From: Epiperipatus broadwayi
Taxonomy: Eukaryota > Animalia > Onychophora
DNA: 64,000 nt
Assembly: GCA_028023455.1 (NCBI GenBank)
Contig: JAQFVV010000007.1
Location: 19,716,001 to 19,780,000, forward strand
Direction: 5' to 3'
Below the pieces are notes generated by a model. That model saw only the letters and a program-made list of their open reading frames with translations, made no database searches and was not told the origin of the DNA. Positions within the stretch are counted from its first letter, which is position 1, and the number at the start of each line of letters is the position of its first letter. Shown here in pieces: positions 25,356 to 40,049 of this stretch. A program made the translations under genes and the position numbers.

Positions 25356-28353
25356 AAAGACAATACCATTTGATAACATGCATATGTAAGGACCTGATAT
25401 TCTCATGATTCTGCAACAGAATATATTGAAACAATGTTTATTTAATGACAAAAAAAAGCTTGTTATTCTACATTTCTAAAATATGAAAATAACAACTGTT
25501 TATATTGAACATTAGGAAAAATTAATGACACAAGAAATAATAGATACTGAATATAATGAAGGCAATACTCAGTAAAATGTCACAGTTTATAATGAATGTA
25601 TACAAAGAAAAAGCTCAGGCAGATATTGAATATAATAATAGGAAATATTGATCCAAAATAAAAAAGATGGGGTGCAAGTAAGAGTTAAATAAGAATTCTT
25701 GGGGAAATTATAAAATAATTAAAGAAGATCGCAGAAAAAATCAAAACAGTAAAAGAGTTGGAAGAAAAAAATGAAGATTGATATTGATTCTATGATTCAA
25801 ATCAGAACTGTTTTGTAAATTATAAAACAATTTCATGACAATAGACAATTTGTAACATTCTGGAAAATATTGGTGTTATGAATACATAGAAGAATACATT
25901 TTAAATACTCTGAGGTTGTATCTAAATTTGTAGATAAATTTCCAGATGTCATTGTATGTTAAATTAATATAATTAGAGAAACTGATGTTTGTTTTGATTT
26001 TATTAAGGAAATATTGAAGAAAATTCAATAAATGTAATACTGTATAGTGAAATTGTGGTAATTATATTCTACCTGGAAAAAGGAAAATATTTTAAATTAA
26101 TAAAGTGACTGTAAAATATGTACAATAGAGGTCAGTATATGTATATGTGTTGGAGATTTTAAAAGAAATGTTAAAATTGTTATTCATTTACCATTGAGAA
26201 AAATATAGAAAATTTAGAAATTGATACCACTTTGGACAGTACTTGTGTTATATATCATAAAATGCACTCCTTTAGTTATTGTATAACAGACTTTGCTTGT
26301 GAGTCTTCCATAGGTATTTCCACAAAGTGACTTAAAATTAATGATAATATTTTTATATTACAAAAATTATGATGCATATATGGTACATTATTTAACCCTA
26401 AAAGTTGCAAAATTATAATTTTTGATAAATAAATTTGTAATTATTTACTCAGATTCATATGATTTGGAAGTAGTGACATTTGATTTTGTTGTTCATATAT
26501 TAATGAATAAAACTAATCAGATCTTTCATTACATAGGGGAAACAATATAGTTAAAGATATATTTAGTACTCAAAATGTTTTATTTTGATATATGGCAGTC
26601 CCATTAATAAGAAAAAGTCAATGCCATATGGAACATTTTGATTTTCTAAAATATAAACTGTTTAAAAAAATGATATGATAAAATATAAATTGTTGATAAC
26701 ATATAAATATTTTACTTGTGAACATTAAAACCTGGTAACTTTTATTATGTTAGAAATCTGAAAATGTCTATTATTGCTTATTTTTATAACTAAATAATAT
26801 GCTATGTTTGGATTTATAAATATGTGAAAAGAATTAGTTTAATGTATTTTCAAAGACATTGTATTAATTTATATAAAAAGATGAGAAATTCTGTAGTATT
26901 TTGAAGACAAGTATAAAAATATTCATAGAAGTATATTTTAGAAAATCTATAATTTTCATAAAAATAAAAGGAATGCATTATAGAAACATATAGTACTGCA
27001 ATTACTAAAGCTCATATGTGAAATAAAAAAGCAATATAAAATTATTAATGAACAAGAAGTCTTAATATATACATATTATTAATATATACAGAGTTAATCT
27101 AATAAGATGAGAATAATGAGGATGTTAAGGAATAAAAAATAATAAGCCCATGAAGAATTTATGAAATAATAAACATAATATAATAACTAATCTTTTTATT
27201 GCATTGCCAAATGTATATAATATAATATTAAATGATCCATGCACCTTATCACTGTTTCACAATGCTTTAATAACCACCTTCTTTTATAGTTTTCATTGCT
27301 CCAGCATTCTTTTTCAGAACTGCAACATAATACAAATATATGAATATAAAGATACATATAATTTATATATATATATATACATTATATGTATGTAATTCAT
27401 AATATATACACATATAATTTTATACACATATAATTACACACATATATAACAATATGTATACAAGTAAAATACATTCTATATATAATATTATAATCATCAT
27501 TTATTTATTACCTTTTAAATATTATTATATTTTTTTTTATTTTTACATTCTATATTTATAATTTAAAATGTCCCATAATTATATACATTCTATTTTTATT
27601 TTTTTCATTTTACTCTTTTAAATATTTAATCCTAATATAATATTTTTATACTCTACATTATTATTACTCATTTTATTAACAATCAATATTCATAATTTAT
27701 TCATTCAATTATTTATAATTTACTTCAATCTATAATATTATTATCTTAAACATATTTTTGCCTACCTTTCTTTTTATATCTTCAAAACACAACTGCTAAA
27801 TTCAAATTTTCAAAAATTCTAGTTATATTTTCAGCAGCTCCCTCTTTAAATTTTACATTTATGTTATTAGCAGCTCCATCTTCCTATTTTCTATATAACT
27901 AAATAATTCAATTTTTTTATATCAAAATTTTTTTCAGGCCCAAATCTCTATTTAAAACTGGTTTAATATTATTAATATAAATAGCTTTTTTTATCTTCCT
28001 ATCCCTTTTATTATCTGTAAATTGTATCACCCTTACACTATCTTATCAAATTCATGCCCTGTTTCTAATTTATGTAAATATATCAGTAAATTTTTATCAT
28101 ACTTATGTTGTAATAGTCTTCTATATATTCAGTTATTTGTTTCTCCTACATAATTTACTTTTAGATTATCAACATGAAACTTTTTACATATAATCTCATA
28201 TATTTCATTTATTTCCTTATCTGAATTTTTATCATAAATACTAATATACTTATTTTCTAAAATCATATTTTTTCTCTTTTTGTTAATTACTTTAACATTT
28301 AATATGTTACCAAATTTTTTATTAATTTTACCTATAACTTTATTTAAAGTTTT

Positions 28354-29676
28354 GGTTGTTGTCAAATAGCTACTATATCACACTCAATGGCACAGTTTTC
28401 ATGCTTAAACTATAAAATATGATAATTCCCAGGCCATTAATTATAATCATTTTGATGTGTTTTTTGTAATGTGAAAATAAAAACAAAAGAAAATCATCTT
28501 TTTTAAATATTATTTAATTTCAAATATTATTCTTTTATTAACGTATACAAATTAAATGATAATAATAAATGTAAAATAAAATAAACAAATTACAATTTGA
28601 TTCGTCTTTTTTAGTTTGCTTTTTATTAGAAAAATCAATTTTCTATCAGAGATTTTTTTACTGGGGTTACGGATTTTTTTTTGTTGTTGTTTACCACTAT
28701 TTTTTATTTAAAATCGAATGACAACTAAAAGTAAAAGTTGTTACGGTTAGGTTTAGAGTTAGTTTTAGGGTTACTTTAGGGTTAGTTTTAGGGTTAGTTT
28801 AGGCTTAGGGTTAGTTTTAGGGTTAGTTTAGGGTTAGTTTTAGGGTTAGGTTTAGTTTTAGGGTTAGCTTTAGGATTAGATTTAGGGTTAGGTTTATGGT
28901 TAGTGTTCTGTTGTTTGTAATACTAAAATAAAAAATATCAAAATTGTATTTTTGTAAATATTTTTTTTACTAACATCTATAATATAAATGATAACAATAA
29001 ACATAAACTATATTCAACAAAGTATAACAGTAGTTGGAGAAAAGAAAGAAACTAAAACTTTTTTAAACAATAGCAAATATATATATAAAATGTTTATAAT
29101 ATATGCTTCTTATGACATTTAAAAAAACAGTGTACAATTGTACTTTTCTTACTGGATATTTTTGTGTTAATGCTCTTTTTTATTTCAAAAATATACACAC
29201 AGTACAATTTTAAAATGTCTTGTGGAAATGTTATGAACAGTGTGTTACTTGACACATTACCTAATTCCAATTCACTTTATACATATATCTCGTCAACATT
29301 TACTACTTAAAACTTCAATACACTACGGTGTAAAAAGTCTGTTAATTATTACTTTACAAAATATGAACATTTTGATACTTTAAAATAAAATAAAAAACCA
29401 ATGAAAATAACATTTCCATCCAATTCAAAAAACACACCCTTTCCCCAAGCCATAACCATTTTATAAACTGTGCAAATTGGGAAAATGTATTTGCTGTGTA
29501 AACATACATGCTGTACTGTGATGTGACATAGTGGCCTGCAATCTGTAGTACAACAAAAAAGTTGTATTATAGAAAACAAGGGTTCAAATGTCTCGGCCGC
29601 AGAAACGGCATTTTTATGTGTTTTAGCACGAAAACAGCACCATCCAGTGGGATATGGTAGCTCATCGATGACAACC
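28354..29676. mobile_element. Non-autonomous TIR DNA transposon (GG-initial TIRs, 8-bp TSD; Merlin-like or hAT)
   Basis: ~40-bp imperfect TIRs: GGTTGTTGTCAAATAGCTACTATATCACACTCAATGG versus reverse complement GGTTGTCATCGATGAGCTACCATATCCCACTGGATGG. TSD aaagtttt (28346-28353) / aaattttt (29677-29684). Removing it restores colinearity with the right Penelope arm. Confidence 0.75.
28741..28903 (+). repeat. Degenerate telomere-like (TTAGGG/TTAGTT) array
   Basis: TTAGGG units alternate with TTAGTT/TTAGGT, giving a ~12-nt higher-order period. Confidence 0.9.
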
Positions 29677-29885
29677 AAATTTTTAACTACATAATTATTT
29701 CCTGACTTTATACCTATATAATTATCTTTATTACTACTTCTTTCTTCTTTATTATTATTTATATATTCTATCATATTTTCTATTAATCTAATATTGTTAA
29801 ATTTATTTGGATAATCATTATTTATACATTCTTATTTAATTAAATCTATTTGCTTAACATAATTCATATTCATAATTTATAATTC

Positions 29886-31420
<1,535 letters not shown>

Positions 31421-32243
31421 AAGGCACTGGTCAATGGTTTGATAAAATTGGGAGAAAATTGTAAATGTTAGATAATCTGAAGCTGTAATATGTAAGAATG
31501 TTTACCTATGTATATATTGTATCCTCACTAACTGGAAATATAATAAAAATAAAATAGGACTAGCTCAGATAAAATGATTATGTTCCACTAAAATACATAT
31601 AACCAATAATACAGATATCATATGATACTGTCTACTATTAAACTAGCTCTAACTAATTAAGAAATAATAAATGGTTTGGTTTTATAAAATTAAATAAATA
31701 AATATTAACAAATCATGAGACAAATGAATTGAAGTACAAGCAGTAAAGAATCACATTGAGCCAATATCCCACAGAATACAACCTGAAAGGCATAAGAATA
31801 CTAGTCCCCCTATTATTTCAAATAATAATAAATACATAGCATTCTTACAACTTTAAAATAATAACAATCAATTTAATAGAATGCTACTAAATAAATCCTA
31901 ATCTCTTTATTAAAATAATATAACTATAATAATCTCAGGTTCTTTAAACTAACTCGAATCAGTTTGTAATTTTGTGTAGTCAAGTAAGATAAGGGATTTT
32001 CACCCTCAACTACACCTAACTAATAATAATAACAACCAATAATAATAATACTCTTCAATGTATAATTATCAATATTTATCTACTGTTCACTATTATGGTA
32101 ACTATCAATAATAATAATAACAATAAATAATATAATATAATCTTTCGTTTTCATGTGGTATCTTAAATAGAATATGTGGTATAATCTAATAATCTGAGAA
32201 TATGTGGCAACAAATAATATTATAATTCCTTGCAATAAATTAT

Positions 32244-32405
<162 letters not shown>

Positions 32406-32830
32406 TTCTGACATCCACATGAAATCTGATAAATTATATTACTTCTTTGCAATTTAGGAATTATACTTTTAGAATTATTAATCAATTGATTAACATTTGA
32501 AGGAACACAAAATGAAATATTATACTTTTCTTTAAATATATTTTTAATTAATTTAGATTGCATGTTATTTATAAATGGCATAGATATCCATTTTTTATTA
32601 TCAGAAGTAACTCTGCAAACACTCTTCTTATTATTAAATGAATTTACTGTACACAAAATTTGGTTTTTATCATAACCAACCTTTAAAAGTTCATTAGCAA
32701 AGAGTTCAATATTTAAAATTTTATCACTTTTATATTTACATAATTTATCATTGCGATGCAAAAATGATTTCAGACTTGCCAAATTTAAACAAATGTTTAA
32801 ATTTATTTACATATAATAAAGAGCATAAAT
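32406..32830 (-). mobile_element. Penelope-like fragment (RT thumb to the start of GIY-YIG), cut off at the microsatellite
   Basis: MASLKSFLHRNDKLCKY...NIIYQISCGCQK is homologous to the 41455 and 41882 ORFs. Confidence 0.8.
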
Positions 32831-32936
32831 GATATATAAATTATGTACTAATCAGACACCAATACAAATGCAAACATACCATTTATCAAATAATTTACCA
32901 TTTAAATAATTAAAAAATAAAAGTTTTAATACTTAC

Positions 32937-33042
32937 CATCCAGTATTCTGATTACATTTTGAAGTCCAAATGTGAATTATCAGTGCATTCTAATTGGCTT
33001 TAGTAAACTCTTTGGCCATTTAAAAATTTCTGCCTTTATTTT
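32937..33042 (-). other. Candidate 106-nt spliced exon (non-coding, or a 5'UTR exon ending in ATG)
   Basis: On the minus strand a branch-like TACTAAT, a T-rich tract and TAG| precede it, and it ends ...GGATG|GTAAGT. All three frames contain stops. Confidence 0.4.
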
Positions 33043-33607
33043 CTACATAAAAATTAGTAAACTGAGGGGAAAATAAATAAATTAAATGAACCTATCCATA
33101 AAAATATTAATAGAAAATCCAATGTTTTTTTTAGATTTTAATGTAATGTACATCATTAGAATGAAAATTAAAAAAGCAATGAATGCTGGGATTTCTGTTG
33201 CTGTCATGCTTGTAGTTTTCACATAATTTAAAAAAAAACACAAAAATTTAATGAAGTGCCACCACAGTGCTGCATTGTTGCTGTAACTACTTAATGTGAG
33301 AAAGCAAAAAATATGATTTTTTTTAAAAAGTCATCCATGAAGAAAAATTGAATATCTAAAGTTTTGTAAAAAAAAAAATAATAATGATGATGCAAAAAAA
33401 CATATAATTGAGAAAGATAGAGGAAAAAATAAAAATGTCAAAAATGTAAAGCAACAATTTACTATTGAATGAAAAGTTATTTGTGTAACAAGAAAAAAGG
33501 TGGCTAAACTCTTCATACAGTAGCACCACCAATGTAAGCCAGAGTAATCAAAGGATGCAAAAAGATTTGTATGTAAAATCCATGTCTAGTACTTACTCAT
33601 CCAATAT

Positions 33608-33640
33608 CCCCAGACTAGCTTGTGGCTTTCATCAGTGAGA
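33608..33640 (-). ncRNA. Inactivated hammerhead motif on the opposite arm
   Basis: Minus strand reads TCTCA-CTGATGA-aagccacaag-CTAG-TC-TGGGG. A 7-nt deletion between two CTAG repeats removed GAAA. Confidence 0.6.
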
Positions 33641-33900
33641 AGCCTTGGACCTGAGCACTGTACTTAGATCTTAGGATCTAATGCAACCCTCCAACAGTCA
33701 CCTTTTACCTTATTAGCTAACTATAAAGCTTTGAGTCCAAACCAAAAACACAATAATGTTTTCAATTCAAGCTCATTACCTTGTATAATTGTATAGATTT
33801 AGACTCAAAGTTTTATGGTTAGCTAATAAGGTAAAAGATGGCTGCTGGAAGATTGCATTAGATTCTAAGATCTAGGTGCAGTGTTCTCAGATCCAATGTT

Positions 33901-33940
33901 CCTCACTGATGAAAGCCACAAGCTAGAAACTAGTCTGGGG
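33901..33940 (+). ncRNA. Type I minimal hammerhead ribozyme motif
   Basis: CCTCA-CTGATGA-aAGCcacaaGCTa-GAAA-CTAG-TC-TGGGG. The core is canonical; stem II has an A.A mismatch next to the core. Predicted cleavage is at 33935|33936. Confidence 0.75.
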
Positions 33941-34253
33941 ATATTGGATGAGAAGGCACTAGATAGGGATTTTATGCAAAAATCCTCCTGTGTCTATTGA
34001 TTACTCTGGCTTGCACTGAGTGCTGCTACTGTATGCAGAGTTTTGCCTCTGTGTAAACAGTTTGTATAAGCATAAGAAATGGTGACCAAGTGTTATTTAA
34101 ATAGACAATTGATATAGGAAGCTAAATATAGAAAGGATATATATATATACACTCGGGTCTCATTTTATGCGGATTTATTTAATGAAATTTTGAAGTTATG
34201 CAATTCATGTTTCTTCTTAATATCTTTGTATGTGGTTTTCTTTTATGTGATAA

Positions 34254-34379
34254 AAATTATTAGATCAGAAGTCAAGCTCCGATAATGCGCTATTACTTTA
34301 AATATTATAAATTTTGTGCACTCATGTCATATTTAAAGTAATAGCGCATTATCAGAGTTCGACTTTCATCTAATAATTT
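34254..34379. repeat. Nested ~126-bp hairpin (51-bp arms)
   Basis: aaattattagatcagaagtcaagctccgataatgcgctattactttaaatat and its near reverse complement. Confidence 0.85.
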
Positions 34380-34483
34380 CTATAGTTTCAATGCTTTATA
34401 ATAGTACTGTAATAGATTTTATGTAATAAAGAAGTTCATAATTTACTTAAAATCAGAATTTTACCATTTTATATACACACATT

Positions 34484-34782
34484 AAATTTTACAAGACTAT
34501 AATGTAAATCTGTTCAATGTTATAGATGAAAAATACTATGTTTGTTGTTGATTTTGCATTTTAAATCACATTCTATTTTTGCTTTTTATAAAAAGAGTAC
34601 ATAATTAATTAATCATTTAGTGTCCACAAGTAATAAATTTTACAAGATTATAATGTAAATCTGTTCAAACATTATAGATGCCTATACGATGTATGTTGTT
34701 GTTTTTGCATTTTAAATCGCGTTCAATTTTTGCTTTTTATAAAAATACATAATCAATTAATCCTTTAGTGTCCACAAGTTTA
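34484..34782. repeat. ~151-bp tandem duplication
   Basis: aaattttacaagaYtataatgtaaatctgttcaa...tttagtgtccacaagt occurs at 34484 and 34635. Confidence 0.85.
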
Positions 34783-36341
34783 TTTTTAAAAGGTGAGTAA
34801 CAGCAGTGGGCACAATTAAATTTGGCAATTAAAATCTGATTATTAATTGTAATTAACAATTTAAAAAATACGTAATGAGGTGATGTGAAACGATGAAATT
34901 TGATTTTTAAACGGAATTGAAAATTAAAAAATTAAAGACAAAAATAAGAATTTAATTTTTAATTGTTAGTTTTAATTAAATTTTGCCCAACAGTGGTGAG
35001 TCAGTGTCTTTTTATTATCGTAAGTCTAAGTTCTTATTTTTATTTCAAACTTTTAGTTTACTCAAATGGAAAGAAAAAACACCCAAAAAAATGAATTTTT
35101 TTTGGAAACAAAAATTTCAGTTTTAGATCGCTTAGCGAAATGGGAAGAATCAATAGCGATTGGAAAATGTTTTAGTTGTATTTCCTCTTGACTTTGTTTA
35201 GGAAAAGCTAAAGTACCTCACATCACATCACATCATGACGAGAGTCTGATGTCTCAAATAGTGATAATAATTAAAATACCATACATGTATGAAAAAAATG
35301 TAAATTACACATAAAAATATATTGTTTTGAATAAAATTAAATACTGTAGTTAATAAAAAATGTAAAAAAAGTTTGTCTTGTATCAATTTTTTTCAAATTT
35401 GAAATTTTTTATTAGTCATATTTTATTTTCTTATTTTTTTTAATGCAAATTTTAAAGTAATTTTACATTGTTGCTTTGCTTTTATGCGATTTTTAGAAAA
35501 TGACAGTATGTATTCCCCATTTTTCAAGGTAAGTTAAATATATTCTTGTGCGATTTCTTTTGTGCGCATTTTCTGAGGAACCTATCTACCGCATAAAATG
35601 AGACCCAAGTGAGTATATATATATATGAGGGGGACACACATAAATATAAAATGAGACCCAAGTGAGTATATATATATATGAGGGGGACACACAGAAATAG
35701 ATAGATATTGCAAGGTGGAGTTAATGGATATTACTTGAAAATTCTATTGTATTTAACTATGTGGATATTTTTTAATTTCAGGCTATTAATTTCATAACAT
35801 AACTGCTGGATATGAAATAGATTGTTTCCAAACTCTTCACTGATAATGAACATAAGCCCAAAATTAGATTGTTGATGCAAATATTATACTATAACTTGTA
35901 AGCTTTCATTGATTCTTCACAATTTACTTCTATAGTAATAAACCCATTTACATAATGACTCTGGATATTGCTGTGCACCTTAAGTCCTTTGACAACACCA
36001 ATCTATATCACACTATTTTTATAAGTTATTAGGTACACATGAATAATCACTAAATTAGTTTTAGACTATTGCCTTTCACAATAAGTGCAATCATTTCGCA
36101 TTGTAATCATCCACAAACTAACATTCTATTCGTTTTATGTTATTTAAGCTATTTAATTGAATTTTGAAACATTCTCAAACCAATTCTAAAAATTTGTTAA
36201 CATATTTCTTGGTTTAAAGTCATGATTTTAAGAACTACTATACTAATTTCCACAATACAATATCTTTATTTAAATATCAATTTACAACAAACTCCATGTG
36301 AAGAAAACTTCATGTGTGGATGTAAAACTATAATAAATAAT

Positions 36342-37077
36342 GGTAGTCATGGAGGGACCATACTGCCACTGGTAGATGGCACTGCACACCATCAACAACA
36401 AGCCCGAAGCCTGCAAGTGATAAATTTATATACAAAAGTGGCTGAAAATCGCCAAATAAAAATGCCTGAGGCAATATATATCCAAGAAATACATCGAAAG
36501 TACAAATTATAAAAAAACAAGAAAATGCTATAAAATTCAAATTAAAAAAAAAAGAAATCGATGAAAATCAGCAAATTAAGAAACATGGTGGACAGAGTGT
36601 GGGAAATTCAAAAACATCAAATTATTTACTTTTCAACATTTTGCAAATATCAATCGTCATATTAAGTAGCTTTCAGTATTTGCAAACAATCAGATTTAAA
36701 AGCAACTGTTATATAAAGTAAAAAAAAATATTACTGATTTGAAATTATGGCTTCTCATCCAAAATAAGACAAATGTAAAACCTACCCCTCCCCCAATGAA
36801 GAATTTCTATCCAAAAATAACTCAAATGGACAAATTAAATCAAATATATACTTCTAAAATACAAATAAAAAAAATTTGATCAAAAATAATTAAAAGCAAC
36901 AGTTATATAAACTAAAAAGTATATTACTGGTTTGAAATTATAAGGCAAACGTAAAACCTACCTCCCTTCCCCAATGAAGAATTTTTTTCCAAAAATAACT
37001 GAAATGGAAAAATTAAATCAAACAAATACTTCTAAAATACAATCTGACTGCAGCAGTATGGTCCCTCCACAACTACC
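36342..37077. mobile_element. MITE with GG-initial TIRs and a perfect 8-bp TSD (Merlin-like)
   Basis: TIRs GGTAGTCATGGAGGGACCATACTGC and GCAGTATGGTCCCTCCACAACTACC. TSD TAAATAAT at 36334-36341 and 37078-37085. Internal ~194-bp tandem duplication (36697 and 36891). Confidence 0.85.
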
Positions 37078-40049
37078 TAAATAATTAATACAAAATATAT
37101 AAAGTAATAAAATTAACAGTTAAAAAAAAGAATAACAATTGAAATATAAACAGTTGTCAGCTAATAATATAAAAATATCCCTTAATAAATTTACATATAA
37201 ATTAACAAACATATGTATAAACATATAAAATATTAAGATTAACAACTATAACTACAATGAACAATATGTACAGTCCTAGTCTTATCCTTTAATTACATAC
37301 ATAATGTTCCAGAATTCAATAAGATCAATTCTATCTTACTCTTATTTGATTTAAAGGAAAAGTTAGACTAATGCTGTAGTTTTTCACACTTTTTATAGTA
37401 GAAACAAAAAAAAAGTATAATTGAAATATAGACAGTCGCACTCAAATATTGAATTTATCCCAGTTTTAGTTGCATTACACTACATTAGTACTGCTAAAAT
37501 TGTTTATTAATGTTAGATTGTTTAAAAATGAAATTAATATTTTTACTTTTTAAAAAAAATATTGAATAAGACTTTGATTATTTATGTACAGGTATTCTTC
37601 ATAAATATTTTTTGTATTATATAAAAAAAAAAAAAACAAGATTTTCTTCTCCCAACTCCCCCCCCCCCCCCCTCTTAATTAAATTTTTTTTTAAAAAAAA
37701 TTTTGTCCAACTATTTACCCCAAAAAGTTTAAGGCATTAGCATATCTGGATTAAGAGTTACAGAAACGGAACAGCATATTTTGTATCTTCACAGAGATTC
37801 TTTAACGGTCTCCTGCCATCATGAAATCACAAAAAACACAAGAAAATAGTCTTGTTTGAATATTGTCCAAATTTAAAACAAAATTAAACTTTGCATATTT
37901 TCTCTTCACGGATTAACGTGTAAAACACACTGTCACATTTCATATCAAAACTCCTGAACCAGACATGCCAGTGCCTTAAAATTTTTGTGATGAATAGATA
38001 AACTACGTCACTACATATAATTTGGTTGATTCAGAGATGGCGCTACAAATAACGTGAAGAAAGGTACCCAGCAGCCACCTTTTCATTGGAAAACACAGTA
38101 TGAGTCATAACATTATATTCTAAAATTCATACGCAAAACATAATATTATATTGTTGAATTATGATGTTATTATTTTAATGAAAGATGGATGGGTTCGATG
38201 AAATTATGCCCCTATCTTATGTGCTAGTGTATTGTTTTTTGGACTTAAGTATACGTTCCAATATTATACTTGAAACTGTTTTTAGTTTTATGAATAGAAA
38301 AAAAAATCGCTCATTTATTATTTGTCTTATATTTTTTATATATTTTAAAATTATTTTGGATTTTATCAGCACATCGCTTATCTCGCATCCATTAGCGTAG
38401 AAACTTAAATATCCCTCTCTCACCTATGCATGCATTTAGCAAATAATTTTCGCTTGTCACTTTTTTGATCCGAAGCACTGTGCGTAAATAATCAAATTCT
38501 CATTTAATATTTTTTAAAAATGGTCAAAATTATTAATTTTATTTTAAAATAATTTGACATTAGTAATCAATTTTAGCAATAAAAAAACGTCTTTTTAAAA
38601 AAAAAGAAAAAATCTTACATTATTTTTATTTTTAAATTCTCTATCTGGTTTTAAGCAAAGAAGAAAAAGCTATATAAGATTTTTTTCTGCTTTTGGAAAA
38701 TCTCTTTTACTGACTGAAAATGTAAGATACAACCTTATAAGCTTTAAAATTTTTGATAAATTGCTTTCTACAGCCAACAAAAACTAACAATTAAATCTCT
38801 AAAAACTAATAAAGTAATCTCTAACTATCTTTAGGCTAAACTAACCCAAAATAAAATCCATTTAAAAAAGATATTAAATCGAGTAAAGGTAAACAAGGTT
38901 GTAATAGTGATTATAATAATAGTTGCAGATACAGAAAAAAAAAATTACAAAAAAATTATTATTATTATTTGTATAAAATATGCATAAACATGGCTAATCT
39001 CAAAATTCAGGTAAAAGATAGACACTTTTTGTGTAGCGTACACTCCCAGAGAAAGAAATTTGTTGTTAACTGAAAGAACACTCTTTGATTCCTTTTTAAA
39101 GTCTAAAGAAACAGTAGAGAAAATTACTAAAGACTACTCCATACATTCTTAAACAGGTAGACACCACGTGATCATATTTATTTCATGCCCTCAGCAGAAA
39201 ATTCTCTTTCTTTACTATATTTTAGTTACTTAAGAGAGATGGTAGTGCTTATAAAATTTCTTTCCAATACTGTCCTATCCAATGTCTGCAGACTAGTTTT
39301 TATCTTATGTCTTTCATCATTGAAAATCTTTTGTATCTGAAATTGGAATATCTGGATTTATTGAATCTAATACATTTTTTCTTTAGCAGCCATCTTTTGT
39401 TTTTTTGTTTTATTATCAAACTACTAGTACAAATTAAAAAATATATAAATGTTTTTAATCCAAGTCAATTTGCTTTCAGGCTTAAAACACTAATTAATTC
39501 AAACTATAAGCTAAAAACTAGTTAGATGTCATTGAACAGAATAGCTTTGGATAGAAATTTAACAAACACTACTGCCTCACATTTATTGATTATTAAATCT
39601 TACACCAGGTGGCAACAATGTAGTGATAGAACAATTATGTGTTGCTCTATACATGTATATCATTGAAGATGAAATTATTATGAGATTATTCATATAGTAA
39701 ACAAACATAAATGTAATGCTCAACAAAATAATCATCCAGCATGGTGAATTAGTGGCTTTTATGACCAAGAAATATTATTATCTATCTTTTGAGATGGCTG
39801 ATATGTTTTATATGAGACATCAGTTGACTGTTTTTAAAATGAGGATGGATATGTGAATGTATTGATGAAGGATCATTATCTTTTATTCATTCATGGAATA
39901 CTAAATGAAGTCATCAGCTAAGTCAGCTTTGAGAATTGATGATCAGAAAATCCTAAAAACTTTTATTTGTGACCCAGAATGACATTTGATGATGACCATT
40001 GATGAAGCTGCAGATTACTTTCAACAGAAAAAAGATTGCATGAGTTAGA

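Larger units (their letters stand above)
27195..29863 (-). mobile_element. Penelope-like element, left (inverted) arm, split by a TIR element
   Basis: Reverse complement of 29937-31420 (ORF 28129-28365 ...YEIICKKFHVDNLKVNYVGET). It is interrupted at 28354-29676. Confidence 0.85.
33500..34118. mobile_element. Palindromic hammerhead-bearing element, copy 3 (most complete)
   Basis: ~240-bp inverted arms (33506-33741 and 33798-34045), a ~56-nt loop and a 3' tail shared with copy 2. Confidence 0.88.
34150..35611. mobile_element. Non-autonomous Tc1/mariner (pogo/Tigger-like) TIR element in a (TA)n tract
   Basis: 23-bp TIRs: CACTCGGGTCTCATTTTATGCGG (34150-34172) and CCGCATAAAATGAGACCCAAGTG (35589-35611), 22/23 match. 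Flanks are TA-rich. No transposase ORF. Confidence 0.75.

Noticed and set aside
28741-28903. True telomere or chromosome-end scar
   Set aside because: The array is short, degenerate and enclosed by TIRs and a TSD, with continuous sequence on both sides.
29349-29774. 141-aa ORF as a novel gene
   Set aside because: It is a chimera of Penelope linker sequence reading into the TIR of the inserted DNA element.
37430-38490. Transib-like element (CACTGTG at ~38476)
   Set aside because: No matching left CACAGTG terminus with a TSD could be paired with it.
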